Source: an uncultured Prevotellaceae bacterium (GTDB taxonomy: Bacteria; Bacteroidota; Bacteroidia; Bacteroidales; Bacteroidaceae). Taken from it: a stretch of DNA of 64,000 bases. The stretch is from assembly GCA_902784565.1 (NCBI GenBank), contig CACZVE010000013.1:1258-65257 (forward strand), written 5' to 3'. Below the pieces are notes generated by a model, which worked only from the letters and a program-made list of their open reading frames with translations, was not told the origin of the DNA and ran no database searches. A program made the translations under genes and the position numbers. Numbering within the stretch: position 1 is the stretch's first letter; the number at the start of each line of letters is the position of its first letter. This document shows positions 7,228 through 16,000 of the stretch, piece by piece.

Positions 7228-7249
7228 GAATCCCTTCAACCGAACGATC

Positions 7250-7396
7250 TTACGCTAATTGATTCATGTCCTCGTTATTGGTCAGGCTGGGAATGTAAGT
7301 TCCTGGCTCTGGGCTGCTGCCAACGAATAGACGGGGTGTGTGACTTAATATGAACTCGCGCATAGCGGGCTTCTGATAATGTTTCTTCTCCTTCAT
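7250..7396 (-). CDS. 48-aa peptide with YxxP leader-like motif (not in ORF track)
   Basis: MKEKKHYQKPAMREFILSHTPRLFVGSSPEPGTYIPSLTNNEDMNQLA; ATG 10 bp after upstream stop; stop 22 bp before terminator. Confidence 0.75.
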   Translation of the reverse strand: MKEKKHYQKPAMREFILSHTPRLFVGSSPEPGTYIPSLTNNEDMNQLA

Positions 7397-7406
7397 TGCT
7401 ATTGTG

Positions 7407-10400
7407 TTATTTGTTAATCATTAATCTACCATTATCTATATAGACACCCTTGTGGGGCTTCGTCTTCAATTGTCGGCCCTGCAAGTCGAAGTAACGGTGC
7501 GTGCCGTCACGGTCGATGGTGACAACGGTGGGAGCAATACCCGTCGTTTCGTCGTCGATCTCTTCACCGTCGAAGGCATCAGCGGGGAATTCTTTCAATT
7601 TCAAACCGTCCTCGCCTGCACTCAGCCCCATTGCCATATACATCGATTGGAAGAATTCGAAACCATAAGGTTCTACGGGCAGGAAATAACAGCGGAATGG
7701 ATTCAAATACATCACGCGGTATTTCTCCTCATGGTTCTGTGCAAGCCTGAACTTACCTGTACTCTGCTGCATATAGATATTCTTCTCGGTACATTCGTCA
7801 TTACTGATGAAACTGAAGGTTCCCATCCAGTAACCTACATGGTTGTCACCCGCCTTCTTATAGTCGTCAACGGAGGCATAGACTTTTTCCATATATGGCA
7901 TAGTATTGATAGTAACGTCCTTGGCAGAGAGATCGGCATTTCCGTGGTTGACCACTATAACAGTTGGTTGACCAGCGGGTATCATGCTTGAAACATTGGT
8001 AAAGATGAGTTGCTTCTGTTCCTTGTCGGCAACAATAAGATTATAAGATTTCACCTGATTCCGATCGTCTTGATTAAAGAGGTCTATCTGGTATGGCAGG
8101 CAAATGGTGTATGCCATGCTCTTCCATGTGCCATCACCATTATCGATAGCAGAGAGTACGCGGTCGTAGTCAGCCTTGTCGGCATGGAAATCGTATGGCG
8201 GACAGAAGTCCCAGGATTCGGTGAGTTGCAGTTCAGAGCAGTTCTCGCCCAGGACGGTGTTTCTGGCGGCGGGGGCTTTCGCTTCGGGCAGATAGACCAT
8301 CGCACGCTCATCGATGCCGCTCAGCGGATTATCCTCGCCGCTGCGGTCGCTGCTGATGGGCTCCAGGTCGTCGAGGGCTGTCAGGTCGACACCCATGATG
8401 GTACCCTGGGCGTAACTGAAGGCACCGGAGGCAATCTGCGTCACGTTGACATCCTTCTCAACGCCACCGACCGTGGCGCTGACCATGGCAGGAACAGTGA
8501 CCTGACCGCCGTCGCCTTCGTACTTGGTCAGCACACCGAAGGCACGGTTGCCCGGCAACAGACTGTTGACGGTGAAGGTCATGTCATCGACGGTCACCGT
8601 GCCGCTCTCCTCAAGAGAGTACACCATGTCGTAGTGCGCATTGGCGGCAATGGCAGGATCCTTGTCGATGGTGTTGTAGCCCAGATAGCAGTGGTAGGGT
8701 GCTATCTCCTTGCCTGTCTCGAAGAGGAAACTAAACTGTCCCTCCTCGTTCATCTGCGGGGTCATGATACTGCCCTGTGCCGACGAGCCCTGATTGACGG
8801 GCAGGGGATCGCGCTCAACACCGACGAGCCAGTTCTGGTAGACGGGCCAGCGCTCCACCTCACCCTCGACGGGTGTCAGACGGTAGAGTCCCGGCTGGTC
8901 GGCAAGCACGACGACAGGCTGGATGGCAGGCACCAGACGGCTCTTCTCATAATAGTAGGCCTTATAGTTGTCCTCGTCGAGGTCGTTGACCACGCAGGGA
9001 ATAAGTTCGTCAGGCAACTGGGTGGGGAAACCAATGTAGAAGGTACCGACATAGCGCTTCTGACCTTCGAAGACGGTGGTGACGCCGTCAGGCACCCGCA
9101 ACGGGAAATACTGGTGTAACTTCCCGGCCGAGATATAGGGCTGCCACGACTCTTCCTCCTGGTATTCGGTCAGCAACGTATGGTCGGTGGTGGCGTCACT
9201 GACATAGACGTCCATCTGGGAACCGTCATCGGTGACGAGGGCGCCATCGGCCAGTTCGGGCACGGTGGTGTAGTCGTTGGTCTCGAAGTAGAGTTGACTG
9301 AGGTTGGGCACCTTGTAGAATGCCCCCGAGGCGATGCGTTTCACCGTACCGGTGATGGTAGCCTCAGTGTCGGTACGACCATTGGGGTATGCCGTGAGGA
9401 CATTCTTCTTGGTAAACAGCACGCCGTCACGTGAGGTGAAAGTCCCGTTGAGCGGGTCGACGGCGATGTCTTCTACTGACGAGCCATAGAACGCGCCGCC
9501 CTTGACAGCGGTGACCTTCGACGGTAAAGTGACCGTCGTGAGTTTGTCGCAGTCCTTGAAGGCCTCGGTACCGATGGTCTGCAAGGCGTAGGGCAGGCCG
9601 ACCGACTCGAGACTGCTCAGTCCGTTGAGTTGGGTGGTGAGTTCGCTCACGCTCTTGAAGTAGCGGAACTCGGGGAACTGCTTTATCTTACGGCCCGTGG
9701 CGGTCTGGAAGGCGGTGAGCGTCTGCTCGGTGGTGACGGCCTTCAACTCAGCCAGTGAGAGGTGCTCTGCATCGTCGTCGGTGTTAAAGGCGGCGAGACA
9801 GGCCTGACGGGCATTATCGTCGACAAAGGTGATGCCGGGGGTTACGGCTCCCTTGCTGGGCCGCATAGGGATGTAGTGTTTGGCCGTACCCAACGTGCCA
9901 ATCATGAACTGTAGGCCACCCAGTATCCTTGCTTTCGTATCAGGTTTGTAGTCGTAAGGATCGAAACTCGCTGAGACTGGTACGACAATGCCCATGTCAG
10001 CATCGCTCTCCATATAATCGTTATCTTCGTCGTCAGTACTTGTCCATGTGGCTGCTCCAGGCTCGAAAGGTATCTGGCGGCCAAAACCGTACAGGTAGTT
10101 GTCGGACGACTCTGTGGCGTCGTCATAGACATAGTCGATGTCGGTACGGAAGGGCACCATCAGCAGTTGGGCCATATCGCTCTTGGCAAAGGTCTTCAAT
10201 GTGGGGAAGTAGCCGGGTGTCCACTCCCAACGGTCACGGCTGCTGAGTGCGTTGCCTATCTCGTCGAGCGTCTGACCGCTGTTGGCTTCTTCATAGCCTT
10301 TCAACCAGTAACAGTCCTTGATGTAACTCTTGCCTGAAGCGGTGATGCCGCTGTTCTTGAATTCCTTGTCCTGGTGAGTCATGGGAACCACCGTCAGACA

Positions 10401-12980
10401 GTTGCTGACCTTGCCCTTATTGGCATCGGAGAGACTCACAAAGGATGTAAAGTCAGCAAAAGACCATGAGACAGTATAGACGGCCGCTATGCAGTCCTCG
10501 ATGAGGGCGTCGGCATTCGTCGGACCTACCAGAGAGCAGATACCGCCGGCAGACGCCATATAATAGTTGTCATCGTCGTGCAACCTGCCTACCGTACCCT
10601 GTGCGATGCAGTTGGTGATGGTACCGTCCATCCTGCCTGCAAACAGTCCACTATTCATCGAGGCATGGGTATCCACGATGCCCAGATTTGCCACGCTGCC
10701 GTTGGCGTCAATGTTACCGAAGAGCCCCAGACCCTCATAGGATATATAACCACCTTTTACGAAATGACCCTTACCGTCATAACTGGCTTGCCACGTTGCC
10801 GTCGTCTCCGGCCAGTTATTAAACCAAACATTGTCATTGCTGTTTGTGGGAGTTGCCTCGGAGTGGCGGTTTTCAAAGAGCGTGATATCACAGATCTGCT
10901 CATAGAACGCTCCCTGTTGGTTATTGAGTACGGCATAGGCCAACTGGGCACCATTCTTGATAATATACGGGTCCTCGGCCACACCCGTACCGCCGGCACA
11001 GGCCGTGGCGATAGAACCGTCCCACACCTCGCCATAGACAACGTTCAGGGGGAAGGACTTATGACCCTGCACACTGTAGGGACGACAGAAGGTGGCATCC
11101 ATCTCAGCCGTACTGCTGAGGTCAAGTACACACTGGCCTACAGAATGGGCTTTGACGGTGGCTTCGTCGACCTCAATGCACGACGCCTCAGGAATGATGC
11201 AGTCGCTGGTCAGACGCAAACGGCTGTCGTCGCTCAGTGTCACACTGGCTGTGGCCCGCTTCGTCTCGGCTGTCGACACGAAGTCCATGGCACAGTCGCC
11301 CTTTTGGATGACAACAGGAACGCTGCAGAGCCACGAATCGGCCAAACTGACGGTGTTGTCGGGCAGCATGTCGTAAGCACTGAATAACGCTCTGCATGCC
11401 TCGCTGCAACCGTCGGCCTGAAACTCCGACATGGCAGGCCACACGTTATTACTATACGCGCGCGGATAGAAACCTGACTGCAGCAACATGCCGTAGTCTT
11501 GAGTGTCATCGATGTCCAAGAGCGGCGTATCCGACTGGTCACCAGTGGTGAGTTGCTGGGTGAACAGCCACTTCACGGTGAAGTGCGTCTCCAATTCACT
11601 TGCCACCCTGCCAGGAGGGCAAATGGATTTGTCAATATAACAGTTGGTGATAACAGTCATAGGGTCTTTGTTGTACCCCAGAAGGATACCACTAGGGGCG
11701 TAGGCCGATGATCCGTCCACGGTGCCTAAGAACAGACAGTGATCAATGTACGCATTGTCATCCCAGAACATGGCGCCACAGAGGCCTCCTACCCCATATT
11801 CGGCATTGGTGCCATTGACGTGGCCGGTATAGACACAATAACTAATCTTTGATGTAAGCCCAGATGAGCCGCTATCGTTACTGTCACCCACAATGCCGCC
11901 AACGTAATTCTTTCCGGAAATGTTGGCTGAACTGGTGCAGGCTACGATAGGTACACTGCTCTCCTGCGAACCGCAGATGCCACCGGCAACAGTGACGTTG
12001 CTAAGACTGCCGGAGGAGGAACAGGCCTCGATACGAGTACCCGATTGGGCACTACCGACAATACCGCCTGTGTAGTTAGAGCCCGTGATCGTGACCTGAG
12101 CGGCACAGTCGAAGAGTGTGGCTTTGGTGTCTCTTTTTAACAAGCCGCAAATACCACCAACATCATGAAGATTAGAATACACTGCAGGGATGGCATCGAT
12201 GACGCCTGAGAACGTGGAGTGGCACACACCGTAAGCACCGTTCATTCCCACGATGCCGCCCATAGACAACAGATTCTCAGCAACAAGGTGGGCGTTTGTC
12301 ACCGAAACGGCATAGATGCCGACAGGTACCTGGAAAGTCTTTTCGCCTTCATCAACAGCCGTGACGACGGTTCCTGTTTGGTAGCCGCAAAGTGCGCCGA
12401 CATATCCGTCATACGCTTCATACGATGGATTTTCACTTCGGGCACTGATTTCAACACCATCCAGCCTCATATAGCCTAAGAAGCCGCAACAATAGCCAAA
12501 CAACCCGTACTTGTAGAGATATTTATTGTATTCTTTTGTAATAGGTATTTTGGCATTTATATAGATGTTGGAAATCTTGTGTGTACTCTGTTTCCAACCA
12601 TCCTGATTGGGATCCGTTCCTATGAATACACCCTGGAAACTGTGGGAAGCATTCTTGCCGATGGGAATCCACTGGACGGGCTCGTCACCGTAGGCAGAAC
12701 CGCTCAGGTCAATGTCGGCACCCAACACCACTACTTTGCCTGCGAAAGTATTGTCGGTCTCGTTGACGAGGTACGACAACTGGGCCAGTTGCTCAGGGGT
12801 GGTGATGACGATGGGGTCGGCAAGGCTGCCCTTGTCCTCCACACTGAACGACTCGTCGCGGTAGTCATACCACGTATTACCTTGGAAACCGTCGATTGCC
12901 TCTGCCGACAACGGCCCCATGACGGCCACAAGGACCATCAGCCATTTATACATCTTCTTTATCTTCATAGCCAATATCAT
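7407..12980 (-). CDS. Giant secreted surface protein: GLUG-like beta-helix repeats, BspA-type LRR, T9SS-like CTD
   Basis: Signal peptide; xGGIVG/xGGICG repeats; two G..DP.xI...QLA modules; LQTIGTEAFKDCDKLTTVTLPSKVTAVKGGAFYGS; TTGI...YFDLQGRQL...KGVYIDNG; alternative ATG at 12968. Confidence 0.9.
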   Translation of the reverse strand: MILAMKIKKMYKWLMVLVAVMGPLSAEAIDGFQGNTWYDYRDESFSVEDKGSLADPIVITTPEQLAQLSYLVNETDNTFAGKVVVLGADIDLSGSAYGDEPVQWIPIGKNASHSFQGVFIGTDPNQDGWKQSTHKISNIYINAKIPITKEYNKYLYKYGLFGYCCGFLGYMRLDGVEISARSENPSYEAYDGYVGALCGYQTGTVVTAVDEGEKTFQVPVGIYAVSVTNAHLVAENLLSMGGIVGMNGAYGVCHSTFSGVIDAIPAVYSNLHDVGGICGLLKRDTKATLFDCAAQVTITGSNYTGGIVGSAQSGTRIEACSSSGSLSNVTVAGGICGSQESSVPIVACTSSANISGKNYVGGIVGDSNDSGSSGLTSKISYCVYTGHVNGTNAEYGVGGLCGAMFWDDNAYIDHCLFLGTVDGSSAYAPSGILLGYNKDPMTVITNCYIDKSICPPGRVASELETHFTVKWLFTQQLTTGDQSDTPLLDIDDTQDYGMLLQSGFYPRAYSNNVWPAMSEFQADGCSEACRALFSAYDMLPDNTVSLADSWLCSVPVVIQKGDCAMDFVSTAETKRATASVTLSDDSRLRLTSDCIIPEASCIEVDEATVKAHSVGQCVLDLSSTAEMDATFCRPYSVQGHKSFPLNVVYGEVWDGSIATACAGGTGVAEDPYIIKNGAQLAYAVLNNQQGAFYEQICDITLFENRHSEATPTNSNDNVWFNNWPETTATWQASYDGKGHFVKGGYISYEGLGLFGNIDANGSVANLGIVDTHASMNSGLFAGRMDGTITNCIAQGTVGRLHDDDNYYMASAGGICSLVGPTNADALIEDCIAAVYTVSWSFADFTSFVSLSDANKGKVSNCLTVVPMTHQDKEFKNSGITASGKSYIKDCYWLKGYEEANSGQTLDEIGNALSSRDRWEWTPGYFPTLKTFAKSDMAQLLMVPFRTDIDYVYDDATESSDNYLYGFGRQIPFEPGAATWTSTDDEDNDYMESDADMGIVVPVSASFDPYDYKPDTKARILGGLQFMIGTLGTAKHYIPMRPSKGAVTPGITFVDDNARQACLAAFNTDDDAEHLSLAELKAVTTEQTLTAFQTATGRKIKQFPEFRYFKSVSELTTQLNGLSSLESVGLPYALQTIGTEAFKDCDKLTTVTLPSKVTAVKGGAFYGSSVEDIAVDPLNGTFTSRDGVLFTKKNVLTAYPNGRTDTEATITGTVKRIASGAFYKVPNLSQLYFETNDYTTVPELADGALVTDDGSQMDVYVSDATTDHTLLTEYQEEESWQPYISAGKLHQYFPLRVPDGVTTVFEGQKRYVGTFYIGFPTQLPDELIPCVVNDLDEDNYKAYYYEKSRLVPAIQPVVVLADQPGLYRLTPVEGEVERWPVYQNWLVGVERDPLPVNQGSSAQGSIMTPQMNEEGQFSFLFETGKEIAPYHCYLGYNTIDKDPAIAANAHYDMVYSLEESGTVTVDDMTFTVNSLLPGNRAFGVLTKYEGDGGQVTVPAMVSATVGGVEKDVNVTQIASGAFSYAQGTIMGVDLTALDDLEPISSDRSGEDNPLSGIDERAMVYLPEAKAPAARNTVLGENCSELQLTESWDFCPPYDFHADKADYDRVLSAIDNGDGTWKSMAYTICLPYQIDLFNQDDRNQVKSYNLIVADKEQKQLIFTNVSSMIPAGQPTVIVVNHGNADLSAKDVTINTMPYMEKVYASVDDYKKAGDNHVGYWMGTFSFISNDECTEKNIYMQQSTGKFRLAQNHEEKYRVMYLNPFRCYFLPVEPYGFEFFQSMYMAMGLSAGEDGLKLKEFPADAFDGEEIDDETTGIAPTVVTIDRDGTHRYFDLQGRQLKTKPHKGVYIDNGRLMINK

Positions 12981-13003
12981 TGAGTTTGTTTTGTCGTTTC
13001 CTA

Positions 13004-16000
13004 TTAATAGTTGAACTTGAACACTTCGCCACCGGCATTGAGGATGTACACGTCGTGACGGCGCAGGGGAACAAAGTGCGACGTACTGGAGGCATGGCCC
13101 AGATAGACGGCCCAGCCGGCATTGCTGAACACACGCACCTCATCGCCGGACGACAGACCGTTGAGCAGCACGCCGTCATCCTGGGCTGTGACACTGACAC
13201 GGTGGTCTTCAGGAAGGTTCACAACGGGATGGGTGATGCTGGTGGGTGTGTCACTGGGAAGCAGAGTCACATAAGAGACATGATTGCCTCTGTGTAAGTT
13301 GTTAACACCCTTTTCTTCCGCATTGTTAGTCTCGAGATCAACGACATGGGGCACGATATAGCCGTCAATAGGTTCGGTGACACCCGGGATGACAATCTCG
13401 GCATAGGCTTTGCGCACACCGCCGACACGACGGAAGTCACTGGGGAGCACTGTCGTCTGAGCCTCTTCGCTCAGCAAATCGAGGGCACTGGGGTGAGGGA
13501 AGATGCCCACTTCTACACCTGTGCCGGGAATCAGACCACGGGAAGAGTGGTCAATCACTTCCACGATAAACGTGTTGACACCGTCCTTTATATGGCGGCT
13601 GACCACGTTGCAGTCAATGTCGCCGGCAAGCACACGCTTACGCGGCATTTTGAGGCTCTGGAACCGCAGGTTGCGGGCGGTGGCACGGAATCCTTTCTGA
13701 CTGGTGGCTTTGAAGACATTGTCAAACTCCACACTCACACTGCTCTGGATGTAGCCGTCGAAATCGTCGGGAATGGGGTACTGCACGACAAATGTCTTCT
13801 CCGTCAAAGGCAGCACAAAACTATCGGCAATGTCGATGGACTGGCCGTTGATGGTCACACTGGCGGCCTTGATGGCCGACGTGCCCGTATTCCTGATAAA
13901 TACGTTGACGGGCAGGGCACTGCTACCGTCGAGGGCGGCACGGCTGTAGGTGACGTCACTTTCGAAACTGTTGGTGAACTCCTTCTCGTTCACCATGACG
14001 ACCGAACCACTGGTGACGGCATCCGTCAGGGTATAGACGACCCTGATGCGGGCATCGTCGAGATAGCCGTCGAAGTCGGTCATGATGAGACTGTCGCGTT
14101 CAGCACCAACCGTCAGCGGATAGGTCAGGCCAGGCGATTCCGACATGTGGATGCGGGTGGCGTTCAGCAGGGTGAGTTGATCCTTCAGACCCACGTTGCC
14201 GTTCTCGGCATCGCGTACCACATGGCTCTGCTCCGTCCACAGGAGGGCAAAGTCGTCGGTGTCCTCAGCAGAACGGTCACTGATAATCTTAATCTTGTAA
14301 GGCTTGCTCGTGCCAACGCCAAGGTCGCCACCGGCCAGACCGTCGATGTAACCGTCCATATTGACGGTCTTGAAATAAACCTCGCGTGTGCTGTCGGGCT
14401 TCTCATAGATCATAGCCACCACACCGTGTTGACCCGCACGACTCATGAAGAAGTCGACGGGATGCAGGTCATCATCGACATACTTCACGGTATGCTGCGT
14501 CTGGTTGCCGGCAATGGTCGACAGCGCCACAGAGGCATATTGCATGTGGTAGGCACCGGAGAAACTCTCAATCGGGGCATTGGCATCATTGAGCATAGCA
14601 CCCACCAGTACCGTGTCGTTACGCATAATCAAATCGTACTGAATGGGCCGTTTCGTGGCGTTAATGTCCCACAGGGCAGTAGGACTGCTCCAACCGGCAT
14701 CGGGTGTATAGGTGCGCATCATCAGTTGACCGACAAGCGTGCCCACGGTGTTGTTTTCACCTGGTTGACCGTTTTGCGAGTCCTGTGCGCCATGCTCATA
14801 GATGACGGCAGCCTTGCCGTCGTCCTGGATGGTGACGGCAGGATTCTGATCGATGAAACCGTCGTCGGCGGTCACCTCTGTCTGATGCCACGTTCCGTCA
14901 GACTGACGGATGGAGGCTTTAATCTGAAAATGCTCATGCATGAGGTTGTCAAGTTCAATGGCCGTATCGTCGGTCACGGCACTATTGTCTACCTGCTGAG
15001 CGGTCTGAGTGTAGACCACAATCTCATGGTCCCCACGCTTCGAACGCATGTGCTGACGAGCCTGGGTACCGGGAACGGAGAGAGATTCCGTGCTGACCAC
15101 GTCGTTCAGAGCAGCGGAACCGCTCTGGACTGAGGCATCGTCAGGCAAAGTGGCCATCGCCACATGGTCGTCGTTATAGTCATCAGCACTGCCCAGGTCG
15201 TTGAACACCACGCGATTGCTGCTCAGGAAGTGCGGGTTGGCGTCGTAGAACACATTGTTCAGCAAGGGCTGACCAAGGCTGGTGGGCTCAAGTGTAGGCG
15301 CCGGCTTGAACTTCTTGCCGATGAGTGACCGGGAGGAGTCTGGGTCAGGTAGCCAGTACGGGAACTTGCGATGGAACGGGTTTGAGTTATCATCGGGATA
15401 CAGGAACTCTTTTCCTGCACGCAATGCCGCGCGACCGCTAAAATCAAAGAAGCAAGAGCGAAGCGTCACATAGGCTTCAGCACCGGCACAGCCCATCAGT
15501 CGAAGACCAAATTGGGTCGGTTCGCTACAGAAAGGAATCATCACTCCGGCCGCGAACTGAGCTTTAAAACCGGCGCGTAAACCGGCTTCGAGATTGGCTA
15601 ATGGGCACTGAGGAGTGATGACGCCAAGCCAGGCTCCAGCACGTCCCGTAATCGTCAGGTTGGCAAAGACCCCCTTATCTTCGGTACTCCACTCAAACTT
15701 GTCCGCCTTGCCGTATGACTTGACGCCGAAGTCCACACGGCCATTTATGTCGACCACTGCACCAATATCCAACTTACACTTGAATGGGATGGGCAATTTC
15801 TCCAGCATGTCGTTAACTTTCTTGAATGCCCCCGTCATATTCGTCGGAGTCCAGAAGATGCCCCAACCGCCCTCAATGAAACCAGAGATCTCGTTAAGTT
15901 GCGTTTTGAGGGGTTGGGGAACCACCGGGATATAGTCGCCTATCAAGTTAGTCAGAGGCATCGACAAAGCAATTTTGCCACCGCCACCAACATACCATCC

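Noticed and set aside
7250-7396. Lasso peptide biosynthetic cluster
   Set aside because: No cyclase, B2 peptidase or RRE gene nearby, and no leader Thr(-2) with an acidic residue at core position 7-9 at the likely cleavage site
13346-15133. 595-aa + strand ORF (also 8010..9119, 17150..18097, 19622..20656, 25141..26709, 42077..43156)
   Set aside because: Antisense shadows of real genes caused by codon bias; no motifs or start context
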